From Mobula hypostoma (Eukaryota), in NCBI RefSeq assembly GCF_963921235.1, contig NC_086097.1, positions 51,152,001-51,216,000 of the forward strand: a stretch of 64,000 nt of DNA. Reading direction: 5' to 3'. The translations under genes were made by a program, and so were the position numbers. Shown here piece by piece: positions 52,362 to 64,000 of this stretch (position 1 is its first letter; the number at the start of each line of letters is the position of its first letter). The notes below the pieces were generated by a model that was not told the DNA's origin, did no database searches, and was given only the letters and a program-made list of their open reading frames with translations.

Positions 52362-54420
52362 GTTTATATAACCATATAACAATTACAGCATGGAAATAGG
52401 TCATCTCGGCCCTTCTAGTCTGTGCCGAACTCTTAATCTCACCTAGTCCCACCGACCTGCACTCAGCCCATAACCCTCCATTCCTTTCCTGTCCACATAA
52501 CTATCCAATTTAGCTTTAAATGACAACATCGAACCTGCCTCAACCACTTCTGCTCCTCACTGGTCTGTAATTACCCGGACTATCCCTACTACCTTTTTTG
52601 AACAAGGGGACAACATTCGCCTCCCTCCAATCCTCCATTCCCGTGGACAATGAGGACATAAAGATCCCAGCCAGAGGCTTAGCAATCTCTTCCCTCACCT
52701 CGTGGAGCAGCCTGGGGAATATTCCGTCAGGCCCCGGGGACTTATCTGTCCTAATGTATTTTAACAACTCCAACACCTCCTCTCCCTTAATATCAACATG
52801 CTCCAAAACATCAACCTCACTCATATTGTCCTCACAGTCATCAAGTTCCCTCTCATTGGTGAATACCGAAGAGAAATATCCATTGAGGACCTCGCTCACT
52901 TCCACAGCCTCCAGGCACATCTTCCCACCTTTATTTCTAATCGGTCCTACCTTCACTCCTGTCATCCTTTTGTTCTTCACATAATTGAAGAATGCCTTGG
53001 GGTTTTCCTTTACCCTACTCGCCAAGGCCTTCTCATGCCTCCTTCTTGCTCTTCTCAACCTCTTCTTAAGCTCCTTTCTTGCTTCCCTATATTCCTCAAT
53101 AGACCCACCTGATCCTTGCTTCCTAAACCTCATGTATGCTGTCTTCTTCCACCTGACTAGATTTTCCACCTCACTTGTCACCCATGGTTCCTTCACCCTA
53201 CCATTCTTTATCTTCCTCACCGGGACAAATTTATCCTTAACATCCTGCAAGAGATCTCTAAACATCGTACACATGTCCATAATACATTTCCCTGCAAAAA
53301 CATCATCCCAATTCACACCCACAAGTTCTAGCCTCGTAGCCTCATAATTTGCCCTTCCCCAGTTAAAAATTTTCCTGTCCTCTCTGATTCTATCCTTTTC
53401 CATGATAATGCTAAAGGCCAGGGAGCGGTGGTCACTGTCCCCCAGATGCTCACCCACTGACAGATCTGTGACCTGACCCGGTTCGTTACCTAATACTAGA
53501 TCTAGTATGGCATTCCCCCTAGTCGGCCTGTCAACATACTGTGACAGGAATCCGTCCTGGACACACTTAACAAACTCTGCCCTGTCCAAACCCTTGGAAC
53601 TAATCAGGTGCCAATCAATATTAGGGAAGAATCAAATATCCCTGTGATGATTGTACGTCCTAGTATCAATTGTTTGGCGACAATGAAGCATAAGGTATAA
53701 ACTTAAAGTCACCCATAATAACAACCCAAACAACAGGAATTCTGCAGATGCTGGAAATTCAAGCAACACATATCAAAGTTGCTGGTGAACGCAGCAGGCC
53801 AGGCAGCATCTCTAGGAAGAGGTACAGTCGATGTTTCAGGCCGAGACCCTTCGTCAGGACTGACGAAGGGTCTCGGCCTGAAACGTCGACTGTACCTCTT
53901 CCTAGAGATGCTGCCTGGCCTGCTGCGTTTACCAGCAACTTTGATGTGTGTTGCATAATAACAACCCTGTTATTTTTGCACCTTTCCAAAATCTGCCTCC
54001 CAATCTGCTCCTCAGTATCTCTGCTGCTACCAGGGGGCCTATAGAATACTCCCAATAGAGTAACTGCTCCCTTCCTGTTCCTGACTTCCACCCATATTGA
54101 CTCAAAAGAGGATCCTGCTACATTACCCACCCTTTCTGTAGCCGTAATAGTATCCATGACCAGTAATGCCACCCCTCCTCCCCTGCCCCCCCATTCCTTT
54201 TAAAGCACTGAAATCCAGGAATATTGAGAATCCATTCCTGTCCTGGTGCCAGTCAAGTCTCTGTATTGGCCACTACATCATAATTCTATGCATGTATCCA
54301 AGCTCTCAGTTCATCACCTTTGTTCTTGATGCTTCTTGCATTGAAGTATACGCACTTTAGCCCTTCTACCTTACTACCTTTACACCCTTTATTCTGCTTC
54401 TCTTTCCTCAAAGCCTCTGT
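52362..54420 (-). mobile_element. Young CR1 with most of RT deleted (endonuclease/tether joined to the 3' tail near 52555)
   Basis: 349-aa open ORF2 segment ending NYRPVR then jumping to the 3' end; tail of the same family as 716-900. Confidence 0.9.
53728..53954. mobile_element. Young fold-back Penelope-end element with two hammerhead cores
   Basis: 95-bp arms 53763-53857 and 53860-53954, 2-nt loop, about 3 mismatches; 35-bp unpaired tail; TSD ATAATAACAACCC at 53715-53727 and 53955-53967. Confidence 0.93.
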
Positions 54421-55867
54421 ATCACCTCCCAGCTTCTGACTTCATTTCCCTTCCCTGATCACTCATCTTTCCCCTCATCTGGTCTCAAGATGTGTATAGG
54501 TTTTGAGGGGTATAGATAGGGTGAATAAAATACAACATCCCATCATTCTCAGAATCACTTGGCGTGGTGGATAGAGCAAAAGTAGTTCCGCAATAAGTGT
54601 CAGGTCTGTGCACTGCACAAGAGAATGGATACAGTCGGTGACCGCGACAAACTCACAGGCAAAGTGTCGCCTCATCTGGATGGGCAGGTCTAGCACTTGT
54701 TGAGACCAAACGTGGATTATAAGCAGAGAATGGATAAACTCGAGTTGTTTTCTCTGCAACTGTGGAGGCTGAAGGAGGATTTAACAAATGTTTGTAAGAT
54801 TAGAGTCACAGATAGAATACACAATTGGTTTTGTTGTCCCAGGATTGAAATATAAGAGACTAGGTGGCATGCCTTTATGCTGAGAGAGGTTAAGTTGAAA
54901 GGAGATATGTGGGGCAAGGTTTTGTTGACACCCTGTGGTCGGTGCATGAAATGCCCCTCCAGGGGTGATACTTGAGGCAAATACAACAGAGGGGAACAAG
55001 AGACTCTTAAATAGGTACATAAATGTGCAGGGAATGGACAAGTGGGGACATTATATTGTCAGGTGGCATTAGTTCAGTGGGACATTAAATAAGAAGTTAA
55101 TGGCATGTTTCTGGACTGTATTGTTCAGTGTTCGATGTTCGTCAGAATATTGTTCCACCCTTGGACTGGATCCAGCAAATCCGGCTGATCTTATCAGTTC
55201 TTGTGAAATCTTCATCACCATTCCACCCCTTATACCAATAAATCAAACCTACAATCCTTTCTTGACAGTTCCAGGTAAATTTCTTATCAAAACACGTATA
55301 CATTACTACATGATGCATGGAGATTCAATTTCTTGCTCCTGTCCTCTTTTTCTGGAAGGATCACCAGGATTCTGAAGAAATACCGGATTATGTCATCCAC
55401 AAACCCATGAGGAAGCTCAAGTCACAGTTTATGCAGGTCAGAGATGACCTCGGTCTCAGGTTGGCTGGTGTTTACAGGATTCCCTGTGAATGCAGAGCAG
55501 GGTACATTGGCCAGACAGGAAGCACGATGGAAAACCGCATCAAGGAGCACAGGAGGTTTAGGCTACCCGGAAAAATTGGTGGTAGCAGAACACGGCATTC
55601 ACAACGGCCAAAGGGTTGACTTTGAAGGCACAAAACTACTGTGCCGTGCCAATGCCAATGGCTTTTGGTACTGCCTGGTAAAGGAAGCCATTGAAATAAA
55701 ACTAGATGAAAAGAATTTTAACAACGATGAAGGTCTCGCTCTATGTAGGAGCTGGAGTTCAATTGTAAACAAGATGGGAGAGAGGAAACCTGATTGGATG
55801 AGGACTAACCAATCAGGAGGGATGGACTACAGGGATATAAATGCCACTGAATTAGGCATGCCCACTG

Positions 55868-55902
55868 CTGAAGAAGGTGGCAGAGTTTGTCATCGAAACG
55901 TT
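55868..55902 (+). ncRNA. Hammerhead ribozyme-like core at the 3' end of the Poseidon-type element
   Basis: CUGAAGA-A-GGUGGCA(GAGUU)UGUCAUC-GAAA-C-GUU; stem I looks degenerate. Confidence 0.6.
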
Positions 55903-56189
55903 GGTTACAAATGATACCTGTACCCGTCTGGAAGCCTGAGAAGAGTTTATTCATAATTTAAAAATGTTCTACACAGATTCAGGTTGGTTTTTGTGATCCT
56001 GAAGAATGCTTGCTGTTATATATCTACATTACAACAATATTACATTCATGAGAATAATTACTGTTTTAATTTGGTGAGACCATGTAGGAACATGCACTGG
56101 ATTTTTAGCAATGCGTGAATGGATTCAATTGCAATGCATAACTTACAACTTATTTGCATTGTTCCAGTCAGCATGAAGGAAATATTGTT

Positions 56190-56888
56190 TTCTGTATGCA
56201 ATAATCTTTATTTTGTACAAAATTAAATATTAGATAATATGACACTTATTGAAATTTTACATGTTAATGGGCTTTCCAGAAGATGTTAACATTAATACTT
56301 TAACTGGTTTGATTTGATTGTTATGCATAGTATAATTTTAAATATCAATACATACATTTTTTTCTCAAGAATACATTAATGTCTTCATTGCACCACATTT
56401 ACAAACTGTATAAGTTAAAAAATGCATACTTTACATTTAAATTATCACCATTAATACTTTGGATAAAAACAAAAGGCAAAGTTGTCTATATTTACAAACA
56501 CTTTTTTCTCCCATAGTAAAACAGCAGTTGCTTTTGATTGGCTCTTCTCTCCCCAGTTACAGTACTTAGTCTTTGGCCTAAAATGTTCGAAAACTAAGCA
56601 ACCAGATATCCCACTTACAGACAGCAGTTTTATCCGGAGTCAGTTTATCACTGAATGCAAAATTTCCTTTGGAAATTAAATAATGAAGATTGAAGTATTC
56701 CAAACAACTGCCACTAGGGCATTATTATGTACATAATGTTCAGTGCCTTTTCCTTTCTGTAATCCTTAACAGAGTAGGGTCCTGGAAAATGTAAGCACTC
56801 AATAAATATTCAATCCATAAAGTGCATTAGTGTTCAAGCTTTGTCCTTCTTTGTACTGCAGCTCTTGGTACTTTACTTATAGAAAGCA
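56190..56888 (-). other. NIN: Probable NIN 3' UTR, candidate AATAAA at 56212-56207
   Basis: AT-rich unique sequence after the stop; tttatt on + at 56207-56212. Confidence 0.5.
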
Positions 56889-57101
56889 TTAAGATGAATA
56901 ACAATTCGAGGTTGCAGACAACGATGGTGCAGATAGGTCCTTGATTATTTTATTAAGGCCAGCAATGTTTTCTTCAAGCAGGTAGTTTTTCTTCTCGGTT
57001 GTCTTCTGTCTTTGTTCAGACATTTCAAGGGCCTTGAGGAGTTGGGCATTTTCAATGTATAAATCCTTTACTATTTCATCTGCTTTAATGTTCTTTGACA
57101 G
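56889..57101 (-). CDS. NIN: Ninein terminal coding exon (LSKNIKADEIVKDLYIENAQLLKALEMSEQRQKTTEKKNYLLEENIAGLNKIIKDLS...*)
   Basis: Matches the remembered ninein C-terminus (KDLYVENAQLLKALE..EQRQKTAEKKNYLLEE); acceptor ttcccag; 213 nt, phase 0; NIN-SAV1 synteny favours NIN over NINL. Confidence 0.92.
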   Translation of the reverse strand: MSKNIKADEIVKDLYIENAQLLKALEMSEQRQKTTEKKNYLLEENIAGLNKIIKDLSAPSLSATSNCYSS

Positions 57102-57429
57102 CTGGGAATCAACAGATTTTAAAGTTAGATTTTCCACTGTTTTTATTGTTTGTTTAAAGAGATGTGCTTTTGAAACAAGTGGGGGGGATCTTTAATAGAC
57201 ATTTTTTATTTCATCTGTGAAATGCTGTTTGATTTGATTAAAATAATTACTTGGTTAATTTAGAATAAGTTAATTGTTTTCCCTCTCTTTTTATATTTCT
57301 TTTTATAAGTAAAGGAATAATGTAAATTATGTTTATAGAGCAGAAATCTTGCACCAATTTGTCTGAGGCTTTATTTGTAATTGGAACAATGAGCAATCTA
57401 ACCACAACAATAGATCAAACACAACATAC

Positions 57430-57543
57430 TTGTTCCTTTAGTTGATAGACTTTGTCCTGGAGCAGCAACTTAAGGTTTCTTAACTTATTTTCAACATCTT
57501 GCATCCTCTCCTCCATCTTTTTTAGCAATTGTTCATATGCCTC
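57430..57543 (-). CDS. NIN: Ninein penultimate coding exon (EAYEQLLKKMEERMQDVENKLRNLKLLLQDKVYQLKEQ)
   Basis: Hand translation; acceptor tttcag, donor GTATGT; 114 nt, phase 0-0; coiled-coil MEERM..VE.KL...LLQ.KV.QLKEQ motif. Confidence 0.92.
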
Positions 57544-57829
57544 CTGAAAGAACAGATTATAACCATGGATTTACTACTCATCGTAAAACAAAAATTTGAT
57601 GCAATATTCTTATTTTTGAAGTTATAGAGTTATAAGTTACAAAATTTAACTAAAATTTCTTAAACTATAAAAATGGATCATTTGCTTATGTCATTTTAGT
57701 ATAAATTATGAAGGACTTTGGTGATATAGAATATAGGCCTGTTCCTGAGCTATATAACACAGCACAGAAACAGGCCTTTCAGCCCATAGTGTTGTGCTGA
57801 ACCAATCTCTTCTACCTATACAATGTCCA

Positions 57830-59575
57830 TATCAGAATCAGGTTTATTCTCACCGGCACGTGACGTGAAATTTGTTAACTTAGCAGCAACAGTTCAATAC
57901 AATACATAATACAACAGAGAACAAAATAATACTAATAGATAAAATAAAAATAATAATAATAAATAAACAAGTAAATCAATTACATATATTGAATAGATTT
58001 TTAAAAATGTGCAAAAACAGAAATACTGTATATTGAAAAAAAGTGAGGTACAGGTGGCCCCCGTTTTCCGAACGTTTGCTTTACGACACCTCGCTGTTAC
58101 GAAAGACCTACATTAGTTACCTGTTTTCGTTAACAGAAGCTGTTTTCACTGTTATGAAAAAAAGGCAGCATGCGAAAAAAGGCAGCGCACGCCCGAACAG
58201 CCAAGCTCCTCCCTTGGAACTGCATTCTAGCCGGCATTGCTTAAACACGTGCTTTATCTCGATTTATTTTGTGCATCCGTTAGCAAGATGAGTTCTAAGG
58301 TATTGGAAAAGCCTAAAAGAGCTCGTAAGGGTGTTATACTTAGCGTAAAACTAGACATAGTTAAGCGTTTTGATCATGGTGATCGAAGTAAGGACATTCA
58401 TTGCCTGTGTGTTGAACTTGCCTGCGTCAACCATTCGCACTATTTACATGCAGAGAGAAAGAAATTTGAAAGCTGCCTATGTTGCTGTTGGTTCCGCTCG
58501 TAGCAAAGTGGTCTCTCTTAGTCAGCATCCAATAATGGATAAAATGGAAAGTCTTTTGCTTGAGTGAATTGATGGGTGTATGAAGCATGGTGTTCCGTTA
58601 AGTTTTCTTATACTTAAGGAGAAATCAGTCAGTCTTTTTAATGCTGAAACAGAAAGCACTGGACAATGGTGATGAAAGTGTTGCAAAAGTGGAACTTAAA
58701 GGTAGTTTGATCAGCTTCTGAGGCGAGGGCAGCTTCATATTTGAAGTAGTGGTCCCCAACCTCCGGGCCGCGGACTGATACATTGCCATGAAGAATGCAG
58801 CAGTAGTCGGATCGCACCCAGCACATCTTTAAGAAGAAAGCCGAAATAAACCAGCTAATTAGTTAGGTGCCGCCCGGCATGTAAATGTCGTCCCAGATCA
58901 GAGGCGATTGCCGATTGGGTCAGGTGGTTATTCGTATAAGCAAGTGTTTAACTGTGACGAAACTGCAATTTATTGGAGTCTTCCTGATTCTGGTCAGTGA
59001 AACTACAGTGTACATACGTTATTTCTACCTTATATAGGCTGTGTATTTTTATGTGTTACTTGGTATGATTTGGCAGCTTCATAGCATAAAGGTTACAGGA
59101 GAGAATGTTTCTGCCGAGAGTGCTTCCGCGAGATTTTCGCTGCGCTAGACAGTGCTGCAGAAAAGTATGTCTACTTTATATAGGCTGTATATTTATCATA
59201 TCATTCCTGTTTTTACTATATGTTACTGTTATTTTAGGTTTTATGTGTTATTTGGCATGAATTTGTAGGTTATTTTTTGGGTCTGGGAACACTCAAAATT
59301 TTTTCCCATATTAATAAATGGTAATGGCTTATTCACTTTACGACATTCTGGCTTTCATAGCAATGCTCTACCTTCGGATAGTGGGGGAAACCGGTAGTGT
59401 CCAAAGATTCAATGACCATTTGGGAATCGGATGGCAGAGGGGAAGAAGCTGTTCCTGAATCACTGAGTGTGTGCCTTCAGGCTTCTGTACCTCCTACCTG
59501 ATGGTAACAGTGAGAAAAGGGCATGCCCTGGGTTGCTGGAGGTACTGAATAATGGATGCTGCCTTTCTGAGACAG
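57830..59575 (-). mobile_element. LINE 3' fragment (probably Rex/Babar-type) hosting a Tigger
   Basis: AATAAACCTGATTCTGA-type end on -; sequence is continuous (GTGAGGTA|GTGTCC) across the Tigger. Confidence 0.7.
58051..59394 (+). mobile_element. Tigger/pogo-type non-autonomous DNA transposon (second copy)
   Basis: TA|CAGGTGGCCCCCG ... GGGGGAAACCGG|TA; MSSKVLEKPKRARKGVILSVKLDIVKRFD..LNLPASTIRTI CENP-B-type HTH. Confidence 0.9.
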
Positions 59576-59589
59576 GCAGGTGTATTTTT

Positions 59590-61960
59590 CTCACATACAC
59601 CTGCCTATCTAAATCGTCTCTTAAAAATCTCCAATGCTTTTGCCTTCACCACCACCCCAGGCAGTGAATTCCACACATCCACCATTCTTTGTGTAAAAAA
59701 AACTTGTCCTTCACATCACCTTTGAAATTACCCCCTCTCACCTTAAATGCATGCCCTCTGGTATTAGACATTTCAACCCTTGGAAAAAGATATTGTTTGT
59801 CTACTCTACATCTATGGCTCTCATAATCTTATAAATCTATCAGATCTCTCCTGAGACTCCACTGCTCCAAAGTAAACAATCCAAGTTTGTGCAACTTCCT
59901 GTTATAGCACATCCTCTAATCCAGGCAACATCTTGGTAGATCTTTTCTGCTCCCGCTCCAAACCCCTGACATCACACCTATAATGAGGCGAGTAGAACTG
60001 TATGCAATACTCCAGATGCTCCCTAACTAGAATGTTATATAGCTGCAACATAACTTCCTCACTTTTGAAATCATTGCCCTGAGTAATAAAGGCAAATACA
60101 CCATATGCCTTCTTAACCACTCTAGCAAAGTGTCGCCACTTTCAAGGACCTATGAACTTGGATCCCAAGATCCCTCTGCTCATCAACACCGTTCAGGATC
60201 ATTTGACCTATCAAGGTGCAACACCTCATACCTGGTCAGGTTAAGCTCCATCTGCTATTTCTCTGCCCATATCTGCAATTGCTCTATATCCTATTGTATT
60301 CTTTGCCAGTCTTCTACACTATCCACACCACCACCAATCTCTATAAAGCCTGCAAACTTACTAACCCACTATCTACACTTTCATCCAGGTCATTTATACA
60401 CACGACAAACAGCAGAGGCCCCAGTACAGATCCCTGCAAAACACCTCTAATCACAGACCTCCAGCTGGATTATCTATCTTAATGTTCTTTAAGACACCCA
60501 ATACAACTTCCTTCATTACCTCAAAGTGCCCTAGCATATCAATATACTCAACACTGACATCACTATCCTCCACATCCTTCTCCTTTGTAATTACTGATGT
60601 AAAGTACTCATTAAGGACCTCACACACATTCGAAGCACATGTATTATCAAAGGATGTATAAATTATATAACCTTGAGATATGTATCCAAGCAAATGTTTC
60701 TCCCCTCCATCACTTTATCCTTGAATGGTCCTACCCCCTGCCTAGTTATCTGGTATATAGCAACACACATCAAAGTTGCTGGTGAGCGCAGCAGGCCAGG
60801 CAGCATCTCTAGGAAGAGGTGCAGTCGACGTTTCAGGCCGAGACCTGACGATGGGTCTTGGCCTGAAATGTTGACTGCACCTCTTCCTAGAGATGCTGCC
60901 TGGCCTGCTGCATTCACCAGCAACTTTGATGTGTGTTGCTTGAATTTCCAGCATCCGCAGAATTCCTGTTATCTGATATATAGGACACCTTGGAATTCTC
61001 TTTAATCCTGCTTGCCAAGGGCTTTTCACGGGCCCTCCTGGCTTCCTAAATCTCTTCTTGAGTCCTTTTCTGGCTTCTTTATAATCCTCTAGGGCTCCAT
61101 TTGATTCTAGCTTCAGAAGCTTTACATACTTTTCCTTTTTCTTCTTGACTAACTTCATCAACTCCCTCAATATCCAAAGTTCACATACCTTGACATCCTT
61201 GTCCTTACCTCTGACTGGAACATACATCCCCTGTACTCTGTCCAGTTGGTCTTTAAACACCTTCCATATTATAGAAGTGGACTTGCCCAAAAACAGCTGT
61301 TCCCAATTAACTCCCTCTGGTTCCTGTCTAACTCTCTTGTAATTTCCCCTGCTCTAATCGAATACTCACCCACAAGGTCCATACTAACCCTAATCTCTAA
61401 CTATCTTAAAACTCAAGGAGTTGTGGTCACTGTCCGCCTCCTGGAAGGTCAGTCACCTGGCCAGGCTCATTACCTAACATCAGGTCCAGTACAGTTGCAC
61501 TTCTTGTTAGACTATCTACATATTGATTTAAAAACCCTCCTGGATGCACCTAACAAATTCTGCCCCTTCTAAATGTTTTGCACTCAGAAGGTCCCAGTTT
61601 ATATTACAGAAGTTGAAGTCCGCCATGACAACAACCATATTGTTTTTACACCTTTCATTATTATGCCTGCATTTCTGTTCCTCAATGTCCTGGTGGCTGT
61701 TTGGGGGGTGGGGGCAGGGGGTGGTGGAATCTGTAGTATAATCACAGAGTGATTGCATCCTTCCTATTTTTGAGTTCTAACCATATAGACTCAGTGGACA
61801 AACCCTCCATTATGTCCCCCTCTGAAAGCAGCTGTGATACTATCCCTGATTAGTAATGCAACTACCCCACCTCTCCACCTCCCTTTCTGAAATATCGAAA
61901 CCTTTGGGATATTAAGCATCCATTCATGTCCCTCTCTCAATCAGGTCTCTGTAATGGCCA
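59590..61960 (-). mobile_element. Degraded CR1 ORF2 fragments
   Basis: VVMADFNF, LVREHLEYCIQF and other CR1 motifs. Confidence 0.85.
60761..60967. mobile_element. Young fold-back Penelope-end element
   Basis: ~85-bp inverted arms around CTGACGATG; tail 60940-60970; TSD GTTATCTG(G/A)TATATAG at 60745-60760 and 60968-60983. Confidence 0.92.
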
Positions 61961-62039
61961 AATAAGAATTTTCAAATGATTTCTCTCACCTATCATATAG
62001 AGATAGGGTAACTAATAAGACAGTACTCCAACGTGCCCA

Positions 62040-62295
62040 TATAAAAAGATCATTACTAAGAACATTAAATGAGAGGAAGCTAAAATTCCTGGGCCATGTC
62101 ATCAGAAAGAGAGAAATAGAATGCCTTACATTACAAGGCCATATGCCTGGGAAACATGGAAGAAAATATATGGACACTGTGAAAAAACTAATAGATCTAA
62201 GTGTGTGAGATATCATTGACGCTGCATGGGATCGTTCGATGTGGGAAGCCATGATCACCCAGGCACGTAACATGCAAGGCACATGAAGAAGAAGA
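62040..62295 (+). mobile_element. RTE-clade LINE 3' fragment
   Basis: LNERKLKFLGHVIRK...LQGHMPGK..GR and (GAA)n tail. Confidence 0.7.
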
Positions 62296-63017
62296 TCATA
62301 TAACTATATTTAAAAAAAAACTTTGCATGTTCATCTGAAAAAAGATTTAACAAATCAAATTCCTGCATAAGAAATATAATTTGTATAATTTATAACATAT
62401 TTTCCTTCAAAAACATATGCAAATAGTCTGACTTCTGAGAACATTTTCTACCTCTGATACCTGCTTACAATGAAAGGCCTCACAAGTACTAATTTTCCTG
62501 TAGGTATCAGCAAGTACTGCTCCCTGCTTGAGCTGCGAGAACGGTTTAAAGAATGTAAATGGCACACTTCACCTTATATTTCTGAAAGGAAAGGACTCAA
62601 TATTCTACACAAGTCACAACTACAAATGACCACTTCAAATAGTATTATCAACAAATCAGATTAAAAGCATTTTATTCTAGAAATTAAAGCCACTAAAAGG
62701 AACACAAAAACAGAAAATCATATTGTTGCATTTTGGTGAAAACGTAATCTATTTCTGTGAATGAATAACAAGGCAATCACACTAAGACCCAGCTTAAAAC
62801 ACACAGTTGCTTCTTGGTATGCGAAATGTGATGATTGTAGCGCCAATTCCCATTTAGATCTCCGCCAAGAATTTGCAACAGTGAGTCCAAATACATCAAA
62901 AGTAGTGCTATGGCATTTTGCCCACGGATCCAATACAATATAAAATTGTATTTCATACTGCCTCACTTACTTCTAAAGTGAATTTGAAGTGATAAGAATT
63001 GCTAGTTTGAACTAGAT

Positions 63018-63097
63018 CAGGGATTCTCAACCTGGGGTCCAGGGACCCCTTGTTTAATGGTATTGGTCAATGACATAAAAACGGTTGGGAACTCCTG
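63018..63097. mobile_element. ~80 bp hAT/Charlie-type MITE 25 bp from a NIN splice donor
   Basis: CAGGGATTCTCAACC / GGTTGGGAACTCCTG; TSD AACTAGAT / GTCTAGAT. Confidence 0.8.
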
Positions 63098-63122
63098 GTC
63101 TAGATTATTGCCTCATGTTTAC

Positions 63123-63323
63123 CTGCTGAGTATTGCTTTCTGCAGCTTTTGCATCCAATTGATCTTGCAGTTGATGACATTGAACTTCCTTCAGATTCAG
63201 CCATTCCTGAAGTTGCACTAGCTGCTCTTTAGGCACCATGGAGCAGATACGTTCCCGCACTTGTTGAAGTTCTTGAAGATTTTGTGTCTGGCTCAGTGTC
63301 AGGCTTGAATTTGATTGTAGCAG
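63123..63323 (-). CDS. NIN: Ninein coding exon (LLQSNSSLTLSQTQNLQELQQVRERICSMVPKEQLVQLQEWLNLKEVQCHQLQDQLDAKAAESNTQQ)
   Basis: Hand translation; acceptor gcatag, donor CAG|GTAAAC; 201 nt, phase 0-0; MVP.EQ..QLQ motif of ninein. Confidence 0.88.
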
Positions 63324-64000
63324 CTATGCAGAAGAATGTAATTAGTAAATGAATGATTCACTTATTGTACTATATGCTATTGCTAATTACACTGTGATTC
63401 AAGCACTCCTCTCTCAAGCCACCTCAATTCTGTTAAAGATCCAAACTTTCAAAAAGACATGTTAACACAGAAATAGCAAAACAATTAGAGATAAGAAAAA
63501 ATTAAAGACCATACATGAAAGAATGCTCTGCTATAAGATAAATAAAGGTTTTAACAATTACATAAATTGAGTTATCTTTTATTAGCCAAATTACTGTTTA
63601 ACTTTATTAATAAATCTATTTCATTTTACCTGCCAAATCCTCATACCCTTCTGTCATATCATCAATGTAAACAATAATATTATTCATAAGATTTACAATA
63701 AATTATATGAAATTAAGTTTGTTTTCAAGAACATTTTAAAAATGAACTTGCTCTTTAAGTCCTTCAGTATTTTTAAGCCTCTATATGATGTGTAGCATTT
63801 TTAAAAAAGGTATATCAGTTATAAATATTTTACCTTCCATGCTTCAAACTGTTTTTGCATGAGATCAAGCTTCCGATTTTTTTTACACTGCCACGTGGCT
63901 AAAATTGTGACTATAATAAAAAAAAGAGAACTCCTTCTCAGATACTTCAGCCAATGGTTTTAGCCAAGTCTTACGCACTTACAAATTTCAGCTTCTATTG

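Larger units (their letters stand above)
51825..55955. mobile_element. Poseidon-type Penelope-like element: inverted segment (51825-52235, -) plus 3' segment (52240-52353 and 55348-55955, +), split by later insertions
   Basis: GVYQKPTYIDLYLDSNSHHH (RT thumb, -); GVYRIPCECRAGYIGQTG...RIKEHRR and KEAIEIK...NFNNDEG (GIY-YIG, +); ~110 bp inverted duplication. Confidence 0.8.

Noticed and set aside
53630..53702. Short insertion with GTGATGA, resembling a C/D snoRNA C box
   Set aside because: No D box or terminal stem; looks like a retroelement 3' tail inserted in CR1
53748..54172. ORFs on both strands over the fold-back elements (also 60663..61290)
   Set aside because: Produced by the palindrome and the flanking CR1; no recognisable protein
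12675..60967. CRISPR-like or other prokaryotic interpretation of the recurring palindromic repeats and RT ORFs
   Set aside because: Repeats are dispersed with TSDs rather than regularly spaced; RTs are CR1, L1, Rex and Penelope types in an intron-containing vertebrate locus

Overview
Eukaryotic (vertebrate) genomic DNA. The repeat landscape (CR1-dominated, with V-SINE-like, Penelope, Rex/Babar and L1 elements) suggests a cartilaginous fish, possibly a ray; this is inference. The window holds the complete 5-exon Hippo-pathway gene SAV1 on the - strand (CDS 43551->9196, 1173 nt, 390 aa, all GT-AG introns in matching phase) with its CpG-island promoter. Upstream on the same strand are the last three coding exons of ninein (NIN), the same NIN-SAV1 order as in mammals. 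Most other sequence is degraded, often nested mobile DNA: a full-length CR1, a reconstructable full-length L1 carrying four younger insertions, a TIR transposon split by two CR1s, two Tigger derivatives, hAT/Charlie elements, SINEs and two clades of Penelope-like elements. The most unusual signal is a family of ~130-250 bp fold-back elements built from the Penelope 3' end. They carry minimal hammerhead-ribozyme cores, are flanked by 12-16 bp target-site duplications, and their two arms co-vary within each copy. Exon and TSD coordinates were read base by base; boundaries of old repeats are approximate.
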